DNA from: Clostridiales bacterium
GTDB lineage: Bacteria; Bacillota; Clostridia; Christensenellales; UBA1242
Direction of reading: 5' to 3'
Assembly (NCBI GenBank): GCA_918262735.1
Contig: CAKJYJ010000005.1
Coordinates: forward strand, 139,538-203,537
DNA: 64,000 nt
Positions 37,998 through 47,500 of this stretch are shown here, piece by piece. The position numbers and the translations under genes were made by a program. The notes under the pieces are model-generated. The model did no database searches. It was not told the DNA's origin and saw nothing but the letters and a program-made list of their open reading frames with translations. Within the stretch, counting starts at the first letter, position 1, and every line of letters begins with the position of its first letter.

Positions 37998-38630
37998 TTA
38001 AGCCTTAACAGATTCTTTAACTGTTACGATTGTTCCTCTTGGTCCTGGTAAACAACCTTTAATTAAAAGAATGTTGCGAGCAGTATCGACTTTAACAACT
38101 TCCAAGTTTTGAATTGTTACTTGCTCGTGACCATAATGTCCTGGCATATTTTTGTTTTTGAAAACTCTAGATGGGGTTGAGTTAGCGCCCATTGAACCAA
38201 CTTCTCTGTGAACAAGTGAAACACCGTGTGTCATTCTTAATCTGTGTTGATTCCATCTTTGTATAACGCCAGTGAAACCACGACCTCTGGTTAAACCAGT
38301 TACATCAACCTTGTCACCTTCTTCAAAAATGTCACAAGTGATTGGTTTGCCGATTTCGTATTCTCTTGCATTATCTAATTTAAGTTCTCTTAAAATTCTG
38401 TGTGCTGGAACGTTTGTTTTTTTAAAAGTTCCAAGTTGTGCTTTATTAACACGACTTTCTTTTTGCTCTTCGAATGCAACAACCACACAATTGTAGCCTT
38501 CTTTTTCTTCAGTCTTCTTTTGAACGACTGTACATGGACCAGCCTCAACGACTGTTACTGGAACAACCAAACCATCGGTAGTGAAGATTTGAGTCATACC
38601 AAGTTTTTTACCAATTATTGCTTTTTTCAT
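37998..38630 (-). CDS. rplC: 50S ribosomal protein L3
   Basis: IIGKKLGMTQIF...VTGLTRGRGFTGVIQRWN. Confidence 0.97.
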   Translation of the reverse strand: MKKAIIGKKLGMTQIFTTDGLVVPVTVVEAGPCTVVQKKTEEKEGYNCVVVAFEEQKESRVNKAQLGTFKKTNVPAHRILRELKLDNAREYEIGKPITCDIFEEGDKVDVTGLTRGRGFTGVIQRWNQHRLRMTHGVSLVHREVGSMGANSTPSRVFKNKNMPGHYGHEQVTIQNLEVVKVDTARNILLIKGCLPGPRGTIVTVKESVKA

Positions 38631-38655
38631 TTACTTCTCCTTCCTTTTAGTTTGA

Positions 38656-38967
38656 TTATAATATGATGTTGATATCAACACCAGCTGGTAAATCTAATTT
38701 TTCAAATGAATCTATTGCCTTTGAAGAAGTTGGATAAATATCAATCATTCTTTGGTGGGTTCTAGATTCAAATTGTTCACGACTATCTTTGTGCTTATGT
38801 GGTGAGCGGATAACAGTTACAACTTCCTTTTTTGTTGGAAGTGCAATTGGCCCAACAACCTTTGCACCATTCTTTTCTGCAGTGCCAATTATTTTTTTAA
38901 CAGCACCGTCTAAAAGAACGTGGTCGTAAGATTTTACTTTGATTCTGATTTTTTGCTTTGTTGCCAT
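38656..38967 (-). CDS. rpsJ: 30S ribosomal protein S10
   Basis: [15 protein letters not shown]...[16 protein letters not shown]. Confidence 0.97.
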   Translation of the reverse strand: MATKQKIRIKVKSYDHVLLDGAVKKIIGTAEKNGAKVVGPIALPTKKEVVTVIRSPHKHKDSREQFESRTHQRMIDIYPTSSKAIDSFEKLDLPAGVDINIIL

Positions 38968-39265
38968 ATTTTTCTATATCCTCCTGTTTATACTTGCCAA
39001 TCGATGCGCTAAAATTGTTTTCAAAACACTATGCCGTGTGTTTACAGTACTACGCACAATAAAAAAGAGCAAATTGATTTACGAGCAAAAACATTTTACA
39101 TAAATCCTTAACTCTTTTTTGATGCCACATCTAAGAACTTGGATAGATGCACCACCAAAAGCGCCACAATTGGTCGCCCCGGTCTTGTCGGGACTTGTCC
39201 ACACAAATTCTCTTAAGCTGTTTGCTAGCCAAAGTAACCTTGTGTTTCAACCCAATATCCGTAGT
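38968..39265 (-). ncRNA. Long (~300 nt) 5' leader of the S10 operon with a G+C-rich structured core; class unknown
   Basis: A strong promoter sits about 300 nt upstream of rpsJ, with no convincing second promoter in between. The core at 39121-39260 is about 48% G+C against about 20% just upstream. A visible hairpin is GUCCCG-ACAAGAC-CGGGGC. Further arms include ACCAA/UUGGU and CAUCUA/UAGAUG. Confidence 0.45.
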
Positions 39266-39271
39266 CTGCCA

Positions 39272-39301
39272 ATAATACCACATTTAACAAGTCATTGTCA
39301 A
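39272..39301 (-). promoter_or_regulatory. Strong sigma-70-type promoter of the S10 operon/leader
   Basis: Minus strand reads TTGACA (39301-39296), an 18-nt spacer, then TGGTATTAT (extended -10, TATTAT at 39277-39272). Confidence 0.7.
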
Positions 39302-39488
39302 CACTTATTTTAACATTTTTAGAAAAATTTTACAAATATGCACAAACCCTCACTTTTGTATCTTTTTTTCAACACACATCAATAAAGCAATAGCTATACA
39401 AAAACTGTTAAATATATATTATGATAATTTATTATAGTAATAATTATATATAATATATAGGCTTTTTATATAATTGTATTGTCTTGTA

Positions 39489-39519
39489 TAAAAAAAACAT
39501 CCAGCAAATGCTAGATGTT
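39489..39519 (-). terminator. Rho-independent terminator of the LRR protein gene (looks bidirectional)
   Basis: 10-bp stem with one mismatch, AACATCCAGC / GCTAGATGTT, with loop AAAT, followed on the minus strand by eight T. It starts 8 nt after the stop at 39527. Confidence 0.8.
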
Positions 39520-39526
39520 TTTGTTT

Positions 39527-42500
39527 TTAATCATTTAGTAATGCCAAATAATCTTCCAAACCTTTATCCCATGTGACCTTTACTTTGTTATATCTCGCAT
39601 AGTTATTCCAGTATGTTTGCCAGCCACTTGGTTTACTGCTAGCATCTGCAACATCTGTATATATCGTTAGTGTGCTTGAACAGCCATAAAATGGTGAATA
39701 AGAATAACTTGATGCAGAAATGGTCGTTACTGTACTTGGAATATATATGCTTGTTAACCCGCTGCAACCAGAGAATGCATTGTTTCCTATGCTTGTTACA
39801 CTGCTTGGAATGGTTACGCTTGTTAACCCACTGCAACTATCGAATGCAGAGCTTCCTATACTTGTTATGTTGCTTGGAATTGTTACGCTGGTTAGTCCAG
39901 TGCAACCATAAAAAGCACGTGCCTTTATTTCTGTTATTGTGTTTGGTATAGTAAGTTCGGTTACTTCTTCCTCCCCTATATATAAATGATGAGCGTAATA
40001 TAGTGGGTTAGCACAAACGCCTCCAAATGATATCTTTAACCAATCTTCTATACTTGAGGTTACAACCCTTGTTAGCCCACTGCAACCCCTAAATGCATCA
40101 TCTCCTATGCTTGTTACACTGCTTGGAATTGTTACGCTTGTTAACCCGCTGCAATAATAGAATGCACATTCCCTTATTTTTGTTGTATTGCTATTTAATT
40201 CAACTTGAGTTATAGATTTATCCGCAAGCCCAACAACATAATAACTATTTTCATTTTCTTTATAGTAAATAATACCTTCAATGGTGGATAATTTGCTTTC
40301 TGTATTTTTATCTGTATAAATATCCTCGGCATAATAAGCAACTGCACCACAATTGTACAAATTATGTTTGTTTACTTTTAAATCTGACAAATTATATATT
40401 TCCGTCAACATATAACAGCCAGTAAATGCGTAACTACCTATTTCGGTAACATGTTTTGGAATAGTGAATGAGGTTAAGCTACGACAATTTGAAAATGCAT
40501 AGCCTCCTATTGTTTCTAGCTGTGAATCGCCCTCAAATGTAACACTTAGCATATTAGAACAATATTCAAACGCGGCCTGACCTATAGTTTTAACACTGCT
40601 TGGTATTATTAGGTTAAACTCACCCATATAGTTGGCGAATACATATGGTTTAATTTCTGTAACTTCTGGCATTCTTATATCATTTATAAGCTCAATGCCA
40701 TTTAAAAATATATGAGTTGCATAGTATAATGGATTTGCCCTATCACAAGTTTGTATTTCAAATGATATAGACACCCAACTTTCTAGACTTGAAATCATAA
40801 CATTTGTCAGTTTTAAACAACCGTCAAATGCAGCGTCTCCAATTTCTGTTACACTATTTGGAATTGTTATATTAACAAGTTCCCCACAATGGCTTAAGGC
40901 TCTTGAGCCTATGCTTGTTACGCCATTTGGCACTTCAAAACTTGTGATTTTTGAACAGCCACTAAATACGAAATTACCTATACTTTTTAAACTAGAATTA
41001 TTTTCAAATGTTACTTCGGTTAATTCATCGCATCCATAAAAAGCACCCTCACCAATACCCGTTACACTTTTTGGTATTAGTAACCCAGTTATACATTTAC
41101 AATTATAGAATGCGTAATTTTTTATTTCAGTAACCGAATTTGGAATTACTAATTCAGTTATCTCCTGATTGCCCACATAGAAATGGTTTGCGACACTTAA
41201 CGGATTAGATTCGTATGTTGCAAAATTAATGTTTAGCCACGCTTCAAGGCTTGACACAACAACCTTATCTATGTTTGTCAACCCACTAAACACATAACTA
41301 TTTATTTTAGTCGTATTGTTTGGTATAACAATTTCAGTTATTTTATTTTCACCAATATACAACTCTCCGGTATAACAAAGAGGATTAGATCTGTACTCGC
41401 CAAATGATATTTTTAACCACCCTTCTAAAGTTGGAGTTGTGACTTTTTGTAAACCATTGCAAAAATCAAATGCGCACGAGCCGACAGTTATAACACTGCT
41501 AGGTATTACTATTTCTTGTAGGCTTGAGCAGTTACTAAATGCGCCATATCCTATATCTGTTAAAGAATTTGGTAATGAAACGCTCACCAATTCTCCACAG
41601 CGACTAAATGCATTTTGGTAGATAACCCTACAATGATCTTTTATTTCATACTGCGTGATCTCTTTATTAGTTAAACTATATAATACAACATATGGATTAT
41701 TAGTATTACCTAAATAATTTACATCAATATCTGAATTTGTGGTTAAATTACCGCAACCTTCAAAAGCGTTATAACCTATAGTTTCTATGCTATCAGGTAT
41801 TTTAATGCTTGTGAGAGATGTACACCTATTAAATGCATAAGCTCCTATTGTGGTTAAGCCATTTTGTATTTCAATGGTAGTTAAAGATTCGCATCTACTG
41901 AAGGCATTTTCAACAATCTCTGTTATTCCCTCACATAATATAATTGACTGAATATTTGTTCCTTTAAAAAGCTTACCAACTATTTTGTTTTCAGTTCCTG
42001 GAATAACTGAAATTTTCGCACTTAAAACAGAATCTAGCACTAAAGAGTTCATGTTTGTTAATGAACAAGGTATAGTTATTTCCTCAATATTGTTAAGCCC
42101 AGCAAGCGCATTTGACCCCGCAGTTGTTATTGTGCTTGGAAGTGTTAGTGTGGTTATTGCATCACAGCCGGCAAACACATAATTGCCAAGCGTGGTTAAG
42201 CCAGCTGGTAGTTCTGGTAATATTAATTTTTTACACCCACTAAACAATCTGCTTGGAAGTTCGGTAACCCCAGTTGGAATGTTTACACTTGTTAAATTTG
42301 CACAATCTTGAAATAAGTTTGAGCCAAATGTTGTTATTGTTTGTGGAATGGTTAAACTTGTTAGCGAACTACATTTAGAAAACATATATCCACCAAGCGT
42401 TGTTAAACCTTTACCTATTGTTACTTTATTTAGTTTTGTACATTCGGTAAACAGGTTTGTTCCTGCTGTGGTAACACTATCTGGAATTGATATTTTTGTA

Positions 42501-43378
42501 AGTGATGTACACTTTTGGAATAGTTTGTTGCCAAGTGTTGTTACCGTTTCTGGAATGTTTATGCTTGCAAGATTAGAACATCCTTCAAACGCACTGTTGC
42601 CCAAACTTTTTATTGTGTATGGAACCTCCACCTTGGTTAGCCTTGTGTTGTTTTTAAATGCATTTTGGTCTATTCCTATTATTGTGTAGGTTCTTCCATC
42701 TTTTATTACCTGCATTGGAATTGTTAATTCTGTGTCGGTTGAGGTGGTTGAAAGCCCTGTTATTACCGCAGTGCCGTTATCTTGGTTGTATTTAAAAATT
42801 AAATCTGTGGTTGTAACCAAACCAGACTCTGCTTCCGGATTGTTTCTTAACCTAACCTCATACCTATACTTTATATTTGTTGAAACATCATGTTCTTTTC
42901 TAAACTTTACTGTAAATATAGTTTCTTTTTCTTCTTCATTTCCTGCTTGAAGAAAAACAATTTTACCACTCGTGTATTCTTCACCATTGTTGTATATTGT
43001 TTTTGTAACATTGCTTATTTCCTCGCCATTATCAACTAAAAAAACATACAATGGTTCATTGTTGTAGTTATTTACAGTTATGGTAATGGTGATTTCATCA
43101 CCCTCGCCAAACTCTAGGTTTGTTTCCCAAGACGAAACATCCTCATCTGTTGGTGATGTTCCATTAGAATATGTAAGTTCATTAAAAGTTACCACATTGG
43201 CACTGCCAGAAACACTGCCAGTGACTTTTGCATTAATATTTTCATCTGTTTTAAAAGATATGCCACTTTTGCTTGTGGCAACTTTTGGAACAAAAAACAA
43301 AATACCAACAACGCCTATTAATATTATTACACTTATTCCTATTAACAGCTTTAGTTTAAATTTCATAATTTTCTCCAA
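39527..43378 (-). CDS. BspA-type leucine-rich-repeat (LRR_5-like) surface protein, N-terminally anchored, 1283 aa
   Basis: N-terminal TM segment LLIGISVIILIGVVGILFFV. More than 40 copies by eye of the roughly 23-aa unit IPxSVTxIGxxAFxxCxxLTSV. C-terminal ...PFYGCSSTLTIY...GWQTYWN. Confidence 0.85.
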   Translation of the reverse strand: MEKIMKFKLKLLIGISVIILIGVVGILFFVPKVATSKSGISFKTDENINAKVTGSVSGSANVVTFNELTYSNGTSPTDEDVSSWETNLEFGEGDEITITITVNNYNNEPLYVFLVDNGEEISNVTKTIYNNGEEYTSGKIVFLQAGNEEEKETIFTVKFRKEHDVSTNIKYRYEVRLRNNPEAESGLVTTTDLIFKYNQDNGTAVITGLSTTSTDTELTIPMQVIKDGRTYTIIGIDQNAFKNNTRLTKVEVPYTIKSLGNSAFEGCSNLASINIPETVTTLGNKLFQKCTSLTKISIPDSVTTAGTNLFTECTKLNKVTIGKGLTTLGGYMFSKCSSLTSLTIPQTITTFGSNLFQDCANLTSVNIPTGVTELPSRLFSGCKKLILPELPAGLTTLGNYVFAGCDAITTLTLPSTITTAGSNALAGLNNIEEITIPCSLTNMNSLVLDSVLSAKISVIPGTENKIVGKLFKGTNIQSIILCEGITEIVENAFSRCESLTTIEIQNGLTTIGAYAFNRCTSLTSIKIPDSIETIGYNAFEGCGNLTTNSDIDVNYLGNTNNPYVVLYSLTNKEITQYEIKDHCRVIYQNAFSRCGELVSVSLPNSLTDIGYGAFSNCSSLQEIVIPSSVITVGSCAFDFCNGLQKVTTPTLEGWLKISFGEYRSNPLCYTGELYIGENKITEIVIPNNTTKINSYVFSGLTNIDKVVVSSLEAWLNINFATYESNPLSVANHFYVGNQEITELVIPNSVTEIKNYAFYNCKCITGLLIPKSVTGIGEGAFYGCDELTEVTFENNSSLKSIGNFVFSGCSKITSFEVPNGVTSIGSRALSHCGELVNITIPNSVTEIGDAAFDGCLKLTNVMISSLESWVSISFEIQTCDRANPLYYATHIFLNGIELINDIRMPEVTEIKPYVFANYMGEFNLIIPSSVKTIGQAAFEYCSNMLSVTFEGDSQLETIGGYAFSNCRSLTSFTIPKHVTEIGSYAFTGCYMLTEIYNLSDLKVNKHNLYNCGAVAYYAEDIYTDKNTESKLSTIEGIIYYKENENSYYVVGLADKSITQVELNSNTTKIRECAFYYCSGLTSVTIPSSVTSIGDDAFRGCSGLTRVVTSSIEDWLKISFGGVCANPLYYAHHLYIGEEEVTELTIPNTITEIKARAFYGCTGLTSVTIPSNITSIGSSAFDSCSGLTSVTIPSSVTSIGNNAFSGCSGLTSIYIPSTVTTISASSYSYSPFYGCSSTLTIYTDVADASSKPSGWQTYWNNYARYNKVKVTWDKGLEDYLALLND
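39750..39956 (-). repeat. Best-conserved tandem 69-nt (23-codon) LRR units at the 3' end of the LRR gene
   Basis: Units begin at 39750, 39819 and 39888 (CTTGTTAACCCGCTGCAACC... / CTTGTTAACCCACTGCAACT... / CTGGTTAGTCCAGTGCAACC...). A closely related pair occurs near 40070-40200. These repeats explain the stack of spurious antisense ORFs at 39639-39951. Confidence 0.7.
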
Positions 43379-43415
43379 TTATTTTTATTTTTTACAATAT
43401 ACCAATAAACACAAT

Positions 43416-43439
43416 AATGCACATAGTGGTATGTGCATT
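43416..43439 (-). terminator. Perfect 10-bp hairpin after the lipoprotein gene (probable terminator)
   Basis: AATGCACATA-GTGG-TATGTGCATT, 12 nt after the stop at 43452. The downstream tract on the minus strand (ATTGTGTTTATT) is only moderately T-rich. Confidence 0.55.
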
Positions 43440-43451
43440 ATCGTTTATTAA

Positions 43452-44447
43452 TTATTCTTCAACTGATTCGTTGTGAAGCCATGAGTAACCATCAAGTCTA
43501 TCGGCACTCAAGCGGAAACTAAAGATTGATGCAATACCCCCTTCACTATTTAAGTAATCTGTTAAAACTTCCAACTGATCAGCATCCATATCTTCTGCTA
43601 TATTTAAATACACATACAAATATCTTGATGCTCCTGGAGCAATTGTAAAGAATGTTGGTTCCGCTGCTACTTCATCGCTCGCCCCCCAATCTTCTAAAAC
43701 ACTTTTGTTGTCAATAACTAAACTATCGGCAGAGTTTTCGGATGTTGCTTCCATAAACATGTACTCAGGATGGGACCAATAAAAATCGTCTTGTGACTCG
43801 CTAACCATCTTTTTTACAGCCTCAGAATCTAAAGATTCATAGAGTTCTCTAATTTCAAATAAACCTTCTTCATCTTCTGTGAAACCCAAATCGTCATCGT
43901 CATACATTGCTTGAATGTCTTGAACATCTTTTTCATTGTTAGTAATATGGTATAATGCATATTCAGGGACCATCTCTCCAACAACAATCATTGCGTCGCC
44001 AGTTTCAGCGTCTGTTTCAATTGAAACACTACTATTTATTAAATTAATTAAATAGTATAGTGGATCTTCTGTGTTGTTTGTTATTTTAAACTCCAAAACT
44101 GCTGTGCTTGCTGTGCTAAGATCTGCAACCGCATCAAAATTTATTTCATCAAGTGGGGTTAAAACATTGCTTATTCCTGTTTCGGCATCTGTTCCAAATT
44201 CATCATAGCCAACTTTCTTTTCCCCATCTTCTGTGGTTGCGTACTCCCAATCATTACCATCTAATGAATATCTAAATGAAAATTCTATATTATATGTTTC
44301 TTCTTGCTCTGCTGGTGAGATTACTTGACCACCATTATCTATTACCGTGTTGTTTGGGTTTGTTTCACCGCAACCAGCAAATGTTACGCCTGTTACAGCA
44401 AGCATAAATGCTAACATTATTCCTAATATTTTTTTCCTTAAATTCAT
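43452..44447 (-). CDS. Acidic lipoprotein of unknown function (331 aa)
   Basis: Signal peptide with lipobox: MNLRKKILGIMLAFMLAVTGVTFAGCG. The mature part is rich in D/E. I recognise no catalytic motif. Confidence 0.75.
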   Translation of the reverse strand: MNLRKKILGIMLAFMLAVTGVTFAGCGETNPNNTVIDNGGQVISPAEQEETYNIEFSFRYSLDGNDWEYATTEDGEKKVGYDEFGTDAETGISNVLTPLDEINFDAVADLSTASTAVLEFKITNNTEDPLYYLINLINSSVSIETDAETGDAMIVVGEMVPEYALYHITNNEKDVQDIQAMYDDDDLGFTEDEEGLFEIRELYESLDSEAVKKMVSESQDDFYWSHPEYMFMEATSENSADSLVIDNKSVLEDWGASDEVAAEPTFFTIAPGASRYLYVYLNIAEDMDADQLEVLTDYLNSEGGIASIFSFRLSADRLDGYSWLHNESVEE

Positions 44448-44579
44448 TTGTTTTTATTCCTCCCTTTTTACATATATTTTTTCACATCTTGGCTTTTAGT
44501 TTACCCTCATTGTAATTAATATCGTATTATACCCGTTTTGTCAAGCAAATTTAGATAGTTGGTAAAAGTTTTATTTCCT

Positions 44580-47500
44580 CTATGTTTTTGGCCTTTTAGG
44601 TGGTGCCGGAGGCTTTGGTCGGGTTGTTGGTTTTAGCGATGTGGAATCTTGCTTTGGTTGCAGTTTATTTTCATTGCTTAAATTCTTAACAAATTCCGCA
44701 ACATCAAATGCTTTTGGAGCTTCTGGCGTTTCAACATTGTCTAGTTCTTTTGCTTTTTCGTCAATTTGCTCCATATAGTCTTCGTTTGTCATTTCATCAT
44801 CTTCCACTGGTTCATCAGATTCTTCATATTCGCCTTCATCTTGCCATTCTTCTTCGCCTTCGCCGTCATATGAATCATCCTCATATTCACCATCGTCCTG
44901 TGGCTCGTCATCATAAACCTCGCCAGACTCTTCGTCAACATATTCATCTTCTGCGGCAACGCCATCAACAGAAACATTGTTTGCATGTTTTTGCAATTTT
45001 TTCTTCTTCTTTCTAGCTATGATGAATATAACCGTTCCAGCAATAATAGCAATTCCAAGAATTACAGAACCAATAATTATTGCAGCCTGAATTGCTGTTG
45101 TGCTTGTTATTATTTTTGCATCTTCGGTGATATAACCAAACACACCATAACAATATGCATTCCAACTTAACACTTCATATTCTTCTGCATGATATGTGCC
45201 ATAAATTCTAAAATGTCCTAGGTTGAACACGCCGCCGAATGGATTTTCTTCGGTTCCTATTGGTACCCAGAATTTATTGGTTAAGTCAATATTTGCAACA
45301 ACTTGGAAATAGTATTGCTTTTCAGATTGATCAAGCTCGCCATTGTTGATTATTTGAGCAAGATATGCGAGTTCTTCGGCCGTTCCAATTAAGAATGGGG
45401 AATCTTCGGTTCCATCACCAGCAAACTCAACTGCATCTGTCAGCCAGAACAATCTTTGTAAATTAAACTCAATTATATTTTCTTCGGTTATGCTAAATCC
45501 TCTCTCTTGGGTGAGATAGATTGATAATAACTCATTTGTTTCTTGTTCAACCCCATTAATTGTTATTGTGCCCATAGCATATCTTGGAGCAATTCTATTG
45601 TTAATTGTTATGTGTTGATTATAGCTATATGTTTGAGCCTGATTTGTTACGTCAACATTATTAACAACAACTACCGTTGAACCCTCATAATTAATAACAA
45701 ATCTAACAATTACATCCTTTGCATTTACAACTGAGTTAATTCTAATGTAGCCAAGTTCACCATCGGCTTGGGTTACATAGTATTCATAGTATGTTCCATT
45801 TCCGTCTGTTTTTAACTCTGTTAATGTTTTGCTTGTTTCGTTTGAAACGGTTATTGCTTGTAGTTCATATCCATATTCAACATCAGTTTCAACATCAACA
45901 TAAATTTTAATTGTTTGACCAACCGAGGTTGTTTCTCCATCAACATGAGTTGTTACTTTTTGCCCATCGACAAATTGAATTGCTACTGTTTTACCAACAA
46001 ACACTGCTGTGTATATGGTTGCATCATAAACATTTGTTGTGAATGTTGATGGATATAATTCAGGATCTAATTCAACTCCATTCATTAACCAATGAGAGAA
46101 CTCAAATCCTTCTCCCGCAGTTGCAACCAATGTTACTTCATCTCCAGTCATACATATTACGTCTGTTTGATTATTTACTGAAGCATTGTTGATACCTTCA
46201 AGTATTTCTTCAACAGCAACAGATACCCTGAACCCATAATGAAGTTTAAGAACCATGTCTTGTGGTAACATTGAGAATGAAATAGCACTTGTTCTTAAAT
46301 CGGTTTCATTATCCAAAGTCCAACCAACAAATATATACCCGTCAAAATCTGGAGTATTCTGCATTTTAACAACTAAGTTTTGAGCAACATTAAAGTAATC
46401 AACAATACCAGTATTTTCAATGTAAACAGCTTCAAACCCAAATGCCGGTTCAAAATAAATACCAATATCAAAATCAACACTGTCTTCAAGGTTGGTTGGG
46501 AGAAGCTCTATGGTTAACTTATAGTCTGGGTTATACCATGTTCCGTATAGGTTAATTACAACAAATCCATTTTCAACCGTTGTATCAGAAATGGTTCCTC
46601 CAGTAAATCCATATACCGCAACACCGTCAACCATTTGATATATTCTACCCTCTTCATCAAATAGATATGATTTATTAATCAAACCAAAATCTCTTGATAT
46701 ACTCCATCCACTAAATCCTCGAATTAAACCATTATAGGTGAATTCTGGACTTGTTACTTCTTGTGGCAAAGTAACCTCATTTTCGTCAACATCTGTGAAT
46801 GTTGATCTGTCATGTCTTATGTAGTATGTGTATTGAGCGTCATCTATGCCCTCATCATGATTTGTATTAAATATTACTTTATATTTTGTTGTTTCATAGT
46901 TTAGTTGCATCTCTGTTGGACGTTCAACATTGCTTAGTGTGTAGTTATCGTTAGAAATATCAAACACTGAACCCTGTTCTGAAGACTGACCAACATAGGT
47001 GTAACCCCTGTTAACATCAATATGTAATGTTACCGTTCCGCCATACCTTACATTTATATCTGCAAACACTTCATTACCTGTTCTAATAACGCTATCGTCT
47101 GAAACACCAACGCTTGAATCATTGTTGATGTATGGAGAAATTGCGTTTACCTCATTGGTAGAAACTGTAACGTTATATCTCTTTAATACCAAATTGATGT
47201 AATATGGATTTGCCAATGAATAATCGTCTGGAGACAAGTTGGTTAACGTGAATTGTAAATCACTTGTTCTTCTGCCATTTACCAATGCTTCATAGTAGAA
47301 TTCTGGGGCAAGTTCAATTGTGAATGTATCGTCAACTCTATATGAAATTTTAATTGACACCGTGTATGTTCCATCACCTGCAGTAATTTTTTCTAACTCT
47401 GTGATTGTAACATGGTCTGGGCCGTCAACAATGCTTGCAAAATTAATCAAATCTGCATTGCTTACAACTTCATATAGATTTGTTCCAACAACAAGCACCT

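Noticed and set aside
39119-39313. Plus-strand 64-aa ORF in the rpsJ upstream region.
   Set aside because: It has no RBS and its composition is driven by the G+C-rich RNA element on the opposite strand. It overlaps the minus-strand promoter. I interpret the region as an RNA leader instead.
39639-39951. Stack of three overlapping ORFs (two plus-strand, one minus-strand out of frame) inside the LRR gene. Similar antisense ORFs occur throughout the giant gene and the ribosomal genes.
   Set aside because: They are by-products of tandem 69-nt repeats and of stop-poor reverse frames of long genes. None has an RBS or a recognisable motif.
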